A stretch of 64,000 nucleotides of DNA from Eledone cirrhosa. Taxonomy: Eukaryota. Shown here one piece after another: positions 25,803-37,793 of the stretch. The position numbers and the translations under genes are program-made. Every line of letters begins with the position of its first letter. Position 1 is the first letter of the stretch. The notes beneath the pieces are model-generated. The model had not been told where the DNA came from. It made no database searches and was given only the letters and a program-made list of their open reading frames with translations. The DNA lies in the NCBI GenBank assembly GCA_964016885.1, contig OZ024742.1, forward strand, positions 63,612,001-63,676,000, read 5' to 3'.

Positions 25803-26915
25803 GGATCACAACTTAGCAGAAGTAATGATATGTGGTCCGAGAGAACCAACAGAGACACAACCATCAAGAAGCACCGGGAACTTATCCAGCCTTAACTTCT
25901 ACAAGGCTAACTGGAAAAAGATCAAGAGAGAAATCCGGAAGCAAATATGGAGCGAAAACACCACCACACAAGACACCAACACACAATTTCAACACTTCAT
26001 GACAACGATACAAACTATATGCCAAAAGTTTGTCCCGGAGAAAAAGGCAAACAGACACAAAAATCATATTCCCAGAGATAGGAAAATCCTTATGAGACGA
26101 AGAACCAAGCTCTCCAATCAGTTGAATGCACAACAAGAAAACAAAAACAAGAAGGAATCCTATTTGAAACATGCACTACTTGACACCAAGATTTCACTCA
26201 AACTTTCCCATGAAAATGAGAGGGCAAAGAAAGAAAGCAGGGCCATAGAAAATATTAAAACAAACCCTAAGGCCTTCTTTAAATTTGCAAAAGAAACTGC
26301 TTCGGTACACTGCAAGATTGGGCCACTCTTCCATACAGCCGGTTCATTAACCGAGAATCCCCAAGAGATAAGTGAAATACTGAACGAACAGTACAAAAGT
26401 GTTCACATATCCACTGAGGCACATGCAAATAACAAAGCCAGAGGAGTTCTTTGATGCCACAACACTACATGATGAAATGGCGACCATCAACTACATAGAC
26501 ATAACGGAGGAGGATGTGGTATACACCATAGATGAAATTAGAACAGATTCAGCTGCTGGACCTGATGGATTCCCAGCAGTCCTCTGAAAAACATGTAAGC
26601 GGGCCTCAGCAACTCCACTGAAGATGCTCTTCAGAAGCTCCTTGGCTAGCGGTATACTACCCAGGGAGCTGAAGGAAGGGACAATATGCCCTATCCATAA
26701 AGGAGGTAGCAGAGCGGAGGCCAAAAACTAGAGACCAGTCTCCCTGACGTCACATATCAGTAAGGTCATGGAGCGAGTCATCAGAAAGAAACTGATCACT
26801 TTCCTTGAGGAAAATGACCACCTGACTAGCACGCAGCATGGCTTTCGCCCAGGAAGAAGCTGCCTTACACAGCTGCTATATCACTACGACTGGGTACTGA
26901 AACAACTGCTAGACA
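25803..26915 (+). mobile_element. CR1-like LINE fragment (linker + RT N-terminus)
   Basis: AAGPDGFP, PIHKGG, RPVSLTS and QHGFRPGRSCLTQLL motifs. Confidence 0.9.
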
Positions 26916-28116
26916 TTATTTTAATACTCACTTCTTTAAAATTTCAAATGTCAACACTTCCGGTTATACGTCATTCCTCATTCTTATGACGTCGCACAAC
27001 ATTCCCCTCTTTTTCTTAGTCTGCCTTTTTAGATAGATACCTTGCTATAACGTAGCGACCTTATAATATGGCTCTGTATGCCTGGCTGTCTGCATTGGAT
27101 AACGTTTTTAGAAATATTTACTTCTGCATTCACAGACCAATTTTTTTACTCCCGTTAAGGGTGAAAGCAGCGATTCTTTGCTTAAACTTTAATCTGTTAT
27201 TTTAATATATATATTCGTGTACCATCATTGTTACTATTTGATGTTAGAGGACCATAGTCTTTCCAAGATCTGAGAACCATCAATGGCTATCAATGTTCCA
27301 CTTACCGTTTGGCTTGCCAGATGCGTGGTATGTTACACGATGACAGCCATTGGCACCTCACTCTGCAAGAAGCAGCAACTGCTAAAGTCCCTTCTCAGCT
27401 GCAAAAGCGTTTTGCTATTATGCTGCACAACTGCGATCTCGCCGATCCTCTCGCACTGTGGAACAACCACCATGAAAGTCTAGCTGAGGTCATTCTCCAC
27501 CGCACACGGAGACACAATCCAAATTTAACATACGATGTCGTTTTCAATGAGGCACTCATTTATCTTGAAAACAGTGTGCTGGAGATTGGTGGTAGGCCTC
27601 TAAGTCACTACAGCTTACCTGCTCCTGACAGGAGTGTCCAGAGGTCAACGTCTACAGAGCTTCTCCGCGAGACGAGCTATGAAATCAGCTATTCTCCCAT
27701 GGTCAATTGTATGTAGGATGCTCTAGGGTGAGCTCGCCAAACAATCTCTTCATCTTTGCTCAGGAGGGCCGAACAAAAAATATTATATACTCTGAGGCTC
27801 TAACAATGTAATTTAAATATTTTCTGTTTCTTGGAATTTCCATTATGGTTGTACAAATTATTGTTTGTTACAAAATGTGTTCTCTGTTCAGCATTAATTG
27901 TTGAAACTATCAATTTTCTTTAACGTACTGGCTGCTGAACTGGGGCATCCTAAAAACTATTCAAACCCAACATCAGAACACGTTAACCCCCCCCCCCCCT
28001 CTCCTCGCTGACTTGAGAGGGCATGCGGTATCTTTGCACTGGAGTTTAGAGGGGAGTCCTGAAAAGATAAAATGCCGGTATACCTAGCCGGGTGCCAGCC
28101 GGATGGGCCAGCTAGT
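26916..28116 (+). mobile_element. Internally deleted Helitron (RepHel remnants and 3' hairpin-CTAG end)
   Basis: ORF 27309..27716 (ACQMRGMLHDDSHWHLTLQEAA...NEALIYLE) resembles the Rep-helicase linker; SHGQLYVGCSRV (Pif1 helicase motif VI) at ~27695; ends ccgggtgccagccgg...ccagCTAG|T. Confidence 0.88.
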
Positions 28117-28120
28117 ACAT

Positions 28121-28193
<73 letters not shown>

Positions 28194-29450
28194 CATACAT
28201 ATATATATAGACATACATTTATATACATACATACATATATATACATATATATATATATATTGCAACCTCCGGAGTCAATAATCTAAACGAAAACCATGTG
28301 GCGGAAATATAAATAACATGGCTGTCATTGACGGGTTTGGTTGTGAGTTCTCCCTTCTATATATATCTATATATTCTATAGAAATTTGCACTCACTATAA
28401 TAAACCTGCCTATTATTATAACAATATCTGTTCACTCTGCCATATGTGATTCTGGAAGCGGAGTTTCCTATATACACTTTTTCTCTATATGTAACGGGAC
28501 AGCCATCACGATTTGTATTTACTGTGGTACAGTTGTATGCAGTGCGATACATTGGTTGAACGCCAACTTGGACATACAGTGAATTTCACCTGGCACGTTG
28601 GATTGAGCGACCAAACGTGAGGATTTTGGGGAATGCCAGATTCTGCAGACCTGGCGTATTTTCAATTTCCTCACTTCTGTACCGACTGTATATGTACCAT
28701 ACATTTCTTTAACTCGTCGTACTTTCTTTTATTTTTTATTTTAGATTTTAGGTGTATATCCCAGACCGCCTATGGTGATTAATTCCCTGGGTATAGGTTT
28801 TGGAAAAATAGTGTTATCTCACTTAACGTTCGGAACTGGAACATATCGATGTGGTTCGTAGGGTGTGGATATGATAAGGAGAATCAACCTGTTACAAGGC
28901 GATATAATTGGAGTACACCATCCCTCATATGGACTATCATACATGTAAGGCTGCACCACTGCTAACCAACTATTCTTTTCACAGACTCATGCTTGCAAAC
29001 TTTCTTGATCTGCCTGAACACCCTCTTTTTGCACTGCTTGTGCTTTGATGCATCTATGCTTTGCTTTGTCTTATATTTTTTGCAGGGTTTCCGGACTTTT
29101 TGTTCCTTTATTGTCTTGTATTTTTATATTTATCTCTTTTCTTATCCCTGTATTTTTGTACTTTATTATTATTTTTTTTATTATTTTCTTATTGTGTCTG
29201 ATCATGCTGAGTAATACCCTCACTCATCCCTTGCTACCCTCTCCCAACCTCTTTATCATCTATTGCACCATTTAAGTGATAAATTGTTGGTGTAATTTTT
29301 AATTTTTAAGACATTTTATGACATTATGTGCATCATGTATTCTGTCTTTTTCCATATAGCGCTAGCCTCAGGACCCCCCTGCTGGTCCTTTAACCTTGTT
29401 CTGGTGACGCAGCTCAATGGAGCATGCAACTACTGATATACTCCTGTTTA

Positions 29451-29500
29451 TAGGCTCTGATGATTCCTGCCATGGTGTATGGATGAAACACGGTTAGCTA
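29451..29500 (+). ncRNA. Putative minimal hammerhead ribozyme in a Penelope-like terminal repeat
   Basis: ggct-CTGATGA-ttcc...ggat-GAAAC-acg-GTT-agct, followed by AATAAA. Confidence 0.6.
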
Positions 29501-29674
29501 ATAAAATAATGTATTTCTAAGCACTCTTTGGTTATTCCTATAACTATAACGGCTCTGTAGTATACTAGTTATCCTATTGAGCTAAAACCACACTGTCATA
29601 CCAAGGGCAATATATCTGCATGTCTGGGCATATTGATATATTTGTCAACGAAATATATATATATATATATATAT

Positions 29675-30286
29675 TGGTATGGACACGTGATGCGCATGAA
29701 AGTCGATAGCTGTATAACAAAGTGCAGGGCAATAAAGATAGACGGTAGCCACGGAATAGGCAGACCTAGAAAAACCTGGGACGAGCTGATAAACTCCGAC
29801 CTCACACACTTACACCTCTCCAAGACAATGTCACTGGACCGAGACCTTTGGCGGTACTCAGTAACAGAGAAGACCCGCCTTACCTAAATACATAGTAAAA
29901 CCTACTACAGCCAGTAGGCATCTCTAACAAAATACCCCCCCCCCCCCCCCGTCCCACCACCCCCAACCCATCCACGCCACCCCGTTCTATGTAAAGTTGT
30001 GTTGGTGCCACACCATCCAGGCCGAAACAAATGAGATCGTGTAGGTGTCACGACAAAAAAACACACAGTCCACGCTGTAATGTGGCCGTGTAGGCAACAC
30101 GGTAAAAACCTCCCAGCCCCACACTGTAAATGTGGTTGGTGTTAGGAAGGGCATCCAACTGTAGAAAACCTGCCAGACAGTCCTATGCGAGCAAGACAAT
30201 CACTCTTGCCTCAAGTGGGACTACCCCCGTCCAAACCCATGCAAGCGTGGAACACGGACGTTAAACGTTGATGATGATGATGATGA
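29675..30286 (+). mobile_element. 5'-truncated RTE-A copy in (TA)n
   Basis: WYGHVMRM...KTRLT* followed by the 3' UTR and (GAT)n. Confidence 0.95.
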
Positions 30287-30437
30287 TATATATATATATA
30301 TACATACACACACACACGTATATATATATATATACATGTGTGTTTGTATGTATATATATATATGTTTTTGTGTGTGTATATTTATGTATATATATATATA
30401 TGTATGTATATAAATGTATGTATGTATATATATACAT

Positions 30438-30499
<62 letters not shown>

Positions 30500-30617
30500 T
30501 AGCTGGCTCATCCAGCTGGCACCCGGTTACCATTGGCGTGTTCTACAGCATCCAGATATATATATATAGCTGACGTACCTAGCTTCGCTTGGATAAATAG
30601 AGGATAAGCCGTCTGTG

Positions 30618-31183
30618 TAGTATAGTATTACTGTTGAAAATATATAGTATAGTATTACTGTTGAAAATATATAGTATAGTATTACTGTTGAAAATATATA
30701 GTATAGTATTACTGTTGAAAATATATAGTATAGTATTACTGTTGAAAATATATAGTATAGTATTACTGTTGAAAATATATAGTATAGTATTACTGTTGAA
30801 AATATATAGTTTAGTATTACTGTTGAAAATATATAGTACAGTATTACTGTTGAAAATGTATAGTATAGTATTACTGTTGAAAATATATAGTATAGTATTA
30901 CTGTTGAAAATATATAGTATAGTATTACTGTTGAAAATATATAGTATAGTATTACTGTTGAAAATATATAGTATAGTATTACTGTTGAAAATATATAGTT
31001 TAGTATTACTGTTGAAAATATATAGTATAGTATTACTGTTGAAAATATATAGTATAGTATTACTGTTGAAAATATATAGTTTAGTATTACTGTTGAAAAT
31101 ATATAGTTTAGTATTACTGTTGAAAATATATAGTACAGTATTACTGTTGAAAATATATAGTATAGTATTACTGTTGAAAATAT
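30618..31183. repeat. 27-bp minisatellite, ~21 copies
   Basis: Unit tagtatagtattactgttgaaaatata with rare variants. Confidence 0.97.
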
Positions 31184-31196
31184 GTACACAAATATA

Positions 31197-31241
<45 letters not shown>

Positions 31242-31481
31242 TTAAAAGTTGGTTAGAAGCGAAGTCAATGCAGACAGGCAGACATACAAACAGATATTAT
31301 AAGGGCGTGAGGTTATAGCTATGTATCTATCTAAAAAGACAGAGTAAGAAAGAAATGAAATGTTGTATTATATATATTATATATAATAAAGTATCAGTAA
31401 TACACTGGAATAATTGCTGGCCTTGTGCCAAAAGTAGAAACAATTATACTTCTTTTTTATACAACTGTAAATAACTTGTTT

Positions 31482-31515
<34 letters not shown>

Positions 31516-31877
31516 ATTAAAGTCCATTTTCCACGCTAGCATTGAGGCAAGATTGGTTGTCTTGCTCAGGACTGTCTGGCGGGTTTTCTACGGCTGGATG
31601 CCCTTCCTAACACCAACCATGTTTACAGTGTGGACTGGGAGGTTTTTACCGTGTTACCTACACGGCCACATTACAGCGTGGACTGTGTGTTTTTTTTTTG
31701 TCGTGACACCTACACAACCTCATTTATTTAGGACTGGATGTTGTGGTACCAACATAGCTTTACATCGAAAGGGGTGGTGTAGATGGCGGTGTTTATGTAT
31801 GTATATATACGTATAAAGGAGTGCTGTAATAAAATGTACAAATTAAACTGTCTCTTATTTATGATACTAACACTATA

Positions 31878-32212
31878 TCATCATCATTTCATTTTACGTC
31901 CGCTTTTCCCTGCTTGCAAGGGTGGGACGGGAACTGATTCTGGCTTGATTTCTACAGCTGGATGTCCTTCCAAACACCAACCTCATTTACAGTGAGTGCT
32001 GGGTGCTTTTATGCCGTGGCACCTCCACGAACACTTTGCAGTGGAATGATAAGGACCCCAGTTCCTATCATCTCATTTCTACAGCTGAGTAAACTGGAGC
32101 AATGTGAAATAAAGTGTCTTGCTCAAGGAAACAACACATCACCCGGTCTGAGGATTGAACTCACAGCCTTTCGATTACAAACCCAATGCTCTAACCACTA
32201 AGCCATGTGCCT

Positions 32213-32214
<2 letters not shown>
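31878..32214 (-). mobile_element. tRNA-derived SINE (family 1; CORE-like body, RTE tail); further copies at 39921-40265 (-) and 47175-47541 (+)
   Basis: Head ggaggcacatggcttagtggttagagc...gagttcaatcc, body ccttgagcaagacacttt, tail gcggacgtaaaatga(tga)n. Confidence 0.9.
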
Positions 32215-32281
<67 letters not shown>

Positions 32282-32286
<5 letters not shown>

Positions 32287-33033
32287 TGTTTACTTACTCG
32301 AGAGAAGGCTACGTTGGTATGGTCACGTGATGCGCATGAAAGACGACAGCTGTATAGCAAAGTGCAGGGCAATAAAGATAGATGGTAGCCACGGAGTAGG
32401 CAGACCCAGAAAAACCTGGGACGAGCTGATAAATTCCGACCTCACACACTTATACCTCTCCAAGACAATGTCACTGGACCGAGACCTTTGGCGGTACTCA
32501 GTAATAGAGAAGACCCGCCTTACCTAAATACAAAGTAAAACCTACTACAGTCAGCAGGCACCTCTAACAAAATACACCCCCGTCCCACCACCCCCACCCC
32601 ATCCACACCGCCCCTTTCAATGTAAAGTTATGTTGGTGCCACAACATCCAGGCCGAAACATATGAGATCGTGTAGGTGTCACGACAAAAAAAACACACAG
32701 TCCACGCTGTAATGTGGCCGTGTAGGTAACACGGTAAAAACCTCCCAGTCCCACACTGTAAATGTGGTTGGTGTTAGGAAGGGCATCCAGCTGTAGAAAA
32801 CCCGCCAGACAGTCCACGCTGTAATGTGGCCGTGTAGGTAACACGGTAAAAACCTCCCAGCCCCACACTGTAAATGTGTTTGGTGTTAGGAAGGGCATCC
32901 AACTGTAGAAAACCTGCCAGACAGTCCTATGCGAGCAAGACAACCACTCTTGCCTCAAGTGGGAAAACTCCCGTCCAAACCCATGCAACCGTGGAACATG
33001 GACGTTAAACGATGATGATGATGATGATGATGA
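32282..33033 (+). mobile_element. 5'-truncated RTE-A copy with duplicated 3' UTR module
   Basis: Homologous to 44520-45222; ~113-bp internal tandem duplication. Confidence 0.95.
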
Positions 33034-33581
33034 TATACACACACACACACATCTGAAACTACTTCGCTTTTCCTTATTCTATATATATATATACACACAT
33101 ACATACACACAGACAGCAAAGTCGATGTACAGAATGGTTTTCATAATGCAGACAGCCAGACATACAGACAGATATTATAAGGGTGCAACGTTATGTATCT
33201 ATCTAAATAGACAAAGAAAGAGAGATCGCTAACCAGAAGTGTTGACATTTGAAAATTTTAAAGAAGTGAATATTTAAATAAACAATAAAATATCTTTAAT
33301 ATTTTAACTGAATTTAGTAGACAAATATACGCTCACTTTCTTACTTGGAAAAAGTTACATCTATGGTGCAAATTTGGTGCTGTTTGGTCCAGCCGTTTGG
33401 TGAAAAGTTTGTTACATACATACGGCCGTCAGCTTTATAATATAGATACACACACACATATATATATATACATACACACAAACACATCTATATACATACA
33501 CACACACACATATATACACATACAGACATATATATATATATAAATAAACACACACACACACATACACACATATATATATAA

Positions 33582-33621
<40 letters not shown>

Positions 33622-33668
33622 ACATATATATATATAAATACACACACACATACACACACACATATATA

Positions 33669-34062
33669 TCATCATCATCATCATCGTTTAATGTCCATAT
33701 TCCACGCTTGCATGGGTTTGGACGGGAGTTTTCCCACTTGAGGCAAAAGTGGTTGTCTTGCTCGCATAGGACTGTCTGGCGGCTATTCTACGGCTGGATG
33801 CCCTTTCTAACACCAACCACGTTTACAGTGTGGGACTGGGAGGTTTTTACTGTGTTACCTACACGGCCACATTACAGCGTGGACTGTGTGTTTTTTTGTC
33901 GTGACACCTACACGACCTCATTTGTTTCAGACTGGATGTTGTGGTACCAACATAACTTTACATTGAAAGGGGTGGTGTGGATGGGGTGGGGGTAGTGGGA
34001 CGGGAGTGTATTTTTGTTAGAGGTGCCTACTGACTGTAGTAGGTTTCACTTTGTACTTAGGT
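33669..34062 (-). mobile_element. RTE-A 3' UTR copy in inverted orientation (another at ~31482-31790)
   Basis: Reverse complement of the 32520-33033-type sequence, with (ATC)n. Confidence 0.9.
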
Positions 34063-34161
34063 ATATACATACATACACACACAGGAGGAGAAAGGCATCA
34101 ACAGATATATATTTTTAAAAAGAATAAGACTCCAGTTGCATTTTCGATTTCATCTCTTTTT

Positions 34162-34220
<59 letters not shown>

Positions 34221-34699
34221 CATATATATATATACATATATATATACATATATATATATACACATATATATATACATATATATACATATATATAAACATA
34301 TATATACATATATACATACATACATATATACATACATATATACATACATATGGTGGCTGCCAACTCGTTTTCGAGTACGGCCACCACTTTATATCCATGT
34401 AGGAGAACCCCTACCGATGCACTCTGGTACAAACACTACACTTGTGACAATTATTGACACAGTGCTGGGCCCATAGTACCATGTGACAACAAGTGCAGAG
34501 CGATCTCCAGATATAAAGCAATGCCTGTGCCGTGAAGCTTTTATAGTGAGCAAAGGCACTGCACAAAGCCAGTCCCACTCTCTTAACCAAGATGATATTT
34601 ACCAAAAAGAAGAACAAGTCAACATCATTGGATACCATCAGGGTTGCAGGTGTTATATCAGAGTTTTCCTACATACCTATACATACATATATACATATA

Positions 34700-34735
<36 letters not shown>

Positions 34736-34796
34736 TACATATATATATACATATATATACATACATATATGCATTCATATATATATATACATACAT

Positions 34797-35578
34797 AAAT
34801 TCCATAAAATGTATGCAATGCAAATCTTGGGTACACAAGAGATGTAGTGGGATAGCAGGCAAACTAACAGGTAGGGAAAAAAATGTATGCAGTAGATGTA
34901 CAGGGAAAGTTGGCAGTAGTAATCGCAGTGACAGACTCATTTTTCCAATGTAGGTGGGTTCTATGATAGCTTCCGGTACCTAGGTATCAGATTAGCATGG
35001 GACGGGGGTGTTCTGAGGTCATAGTATCTAGAATAAGGACGGGTTGGAAGAAGTTTAGGGAGCTGCTTCCTCTGTTGACAAAGAAGAGTTTCTCCCTGCG
35101 TACAAAAGGATGGTTATATGATGACTGTGTGAGATGCACGACGCTGCATGGTAGTGAGACATGGGCAGCAACTGCAGAGGATATGCGACGGCTGGAGAGA
35201 AATGAAGCAAGTATGCTCCGTTGGATGTGCAATGTCAATGTGCGTGAACGACCAAGCATAGACGAGTTGAGAAAGAAACTGGGTATAAGAGGGATAAGTT
35301 GTGGTGTGCAGGAGAGAAGGTTGAGATGGTATGGAAATGTGATGCGCATGGAGGATACCGCTAGGTAAAGAAGTGCCAAGAAATCCCAGTAGAAGGAAGA
35401 CAGTATTAGTAGACCACGAAAAACATGGGCAGAGGTGGTGAGAACAGACCTAAGATTGCTGAAATTCACCGAGGAGATGACGAAGGACCGTGACAAGTGG
35501 AGAGATGCTGTGCTGAATAGGACCCATCCAACCCTTGCAAGCAGGGAAAAGCGGACGTAAAATGATGATGATGATGAA
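34797..35578 (+). mobile_element. 5'-truncated RTE-B copy
   Basis: [18 protein letters not shown] 34997..35368, tail cccttgcaagcagggaaaagcggacgtaaaatgatg. Confidence 0.92.
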
Positions 35579-35579
35579 G

Positions 35580-35610
<31 letters not shown>

Positions 35611-35615
35611 CATAC

Positions 35616-35650
<35 letters not shown>

Positions 35651-35793
35651 CATACATACATACATATACATACACATATATATATATATACATACACATA
35701 GATATACATACACATACATATATACATACATATATATATATACATATACATACATATATACATATATAGATATATATACATACATATATACAT

Positions 35794-35838
<45 letters not shown>

Positions 35839-35899
35839 CATATATACATACATATATATATACATACATACATATATACATACATATATATATATATAC

Positions 35900-37051
35900 A
35901 TTTTATGTCCTAAATGCAAAGTATGGGTGCATAAAAGATGTAGTGGGATCACAGGTAAGCTAACTAAGAACATAGATTTTACATGTGGCCGGTGCTCTGG
36001 TGCAATAAGTAGCAGCAAGTGCCCACAAACTACTAGCTCTTTCAATTGCGCAGAGGGTTCTATAGAAATAGTGGACAGCTTCCGTTACCTGGGCGATAAA
36101 ATCAGCAGTGGGGGAGGGTGCTCTGAAAGTACTGTAGCTAGAGTCAGAACTGGTTGGAAAAAGTTCAGAGAGCTTATACCACTATTAGCTGCTAAAGGGT
36201 TCTCACTAAAAATGAAAGGCAGGTTGTACGATGCCTGCATACGAACAGCAATGCTGCATGGCAGTGAGACCTGGGCATTGTGTGCAGAGGATATACGCAG
36301 ACTAGAGAGGAACGAAGCTTGCATGCTCCGCTGGATGTGTAACAGTAATATACGTGAACGGCAAAGCATAAACGAACTAAGGAATAAATTAGAGATAAGA
36401 GGGATCAGATGTTGTTTACTCGAGAGAAGGCTACGTTGGTATGGACACGTGATGCGCATGAAAGTCGATAGCTGTATAACAAAGTGCAGGGCAATAAAGA
36501 TAGACGGTAGTCACGGAATAGGCAGACCTAGAAAAACCTGGGACGAGCTGATAAACTCCGACATCACACACTTACACCTCTCCAAGACAATGTCACTGGA
36601 CCGAGACCTTTGGCGGTACTCAGTAACAGAGAAGACCCGCCTTACCTAAATATATAGTAAAACCTACTCCAGCCAGTAGGCATCTCTAACAAAATACACC
36701 CCGTCCCACCACCCCCCACCCCCACCCGATCCACACCACCCCGTTCTATGTAAAGTTATGTTGGTGCCGCGCCATCGAGGCCGAAACAAATGAGATCGTG
36801 TAGGTGTCACGACAAAAAAACACACAGTCCACGCTGTAATGTGGCCGTGTAGGCAACACGGTAAAAACCTCCCAGACCCACACTGTAAATGTGGTTGGTG
36901 TTAGGAAGGGCATCCAACTGTAGAAAACCTGCCAGACAGTCCTATGCGAGCAAGACAATCACTCTTGCCTCAAGTGGGACTACCCCCGTCCAAACCCATG
37001 CAAGCGTGGAACACGGACGTTAAACGTTGATGATGATGATGATGATGATGA
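35900..37051 (+). mobile_element. 5'-truncated RTE-A copy
   Basis: ORF 35927..36649 is nearly identical to the end of the full-length element. Confidence 0.95.
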
Positions 37052-37078
37052 TATATATATATATACATACATACATAT

Positions 37079-37137
<59 letters not shown>

Positions 37138-37140
<3 letters not shown>

Positions 37141-37722
37141 TGGCTGCCAACTCGTTTTCGAGTACTGCCACTACTTTATATCCATGTAGGAGAACCCCTA
37201 CCGATGCGCTGAATTTTTTAGTCCAGCCAGCGACTTGAAAACTCTGGTACAAACACTACACTTGTGACAATTATTGACACCATAGTGCTGGGCCCTTGGT
37301 ACCATGTGACGACAAGTGCAGAGAGGTCTCCAGATATAAAGCAATGCCTGTGCCGTGAAGCTTTTATAGTGACCAAAGGCACTGCACAAAGCCAGTCCCA
37401 CTCTCTTAACCAAGATGATATTTACCAAAAAAAAGAATAAGTCAACATCATTGGATACCATCAGGGTTGCAGGTGTTATATCATAGTTTTCCTTCTCCTA
37501 GAATTCTGCCTTGACAAAGGCTAATGGGTCATCTCTCCTGGTGATTTTGGATGGCCATTGACTCTTGAGAGCTCCTTTGCCCTTTGACAGGTTTTGTTTT
37601 TGTCCTGCAGGATGTCCAAAGTCACCCTCCTCACCAAGAAACCTTGGTGGGGTTGCCAGTTTAGTAGTCAACAACCCGACCATGGGACAGGTTGTACTGG
37701 GATACATGTTACCAGTAGCACC
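37138..37722 (-). mobile_element. Short non-autonomous RTE(BovB-type)-derived element; partial copies at 34351-34670 and 54028-54398
   Basis: Three homologous copies; 3' part encodes CSVCTRVFK.LAGLKSH, a C2H2-like RTE terminus, and ends ctcgaaaacgagttggcagccacca. Confidence 0.7.
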
Positions 37723-37793
37723 ATACATACATATATATATATATAGATTCATATATACATACATATATATATATACATATATACATACATATA

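Noticed and set aside
28261-28476. Possible solo LTR (TG...CA, AATAAA)
   Set aside because: No TSD, PBS/PPT or second copy visible; cannot be supported from this window
30527-31245. Repetitive ORFs (IFSTVILYY / KIYSIVLLL)
   Set aside because: Translations of the 27-bp minisatellite
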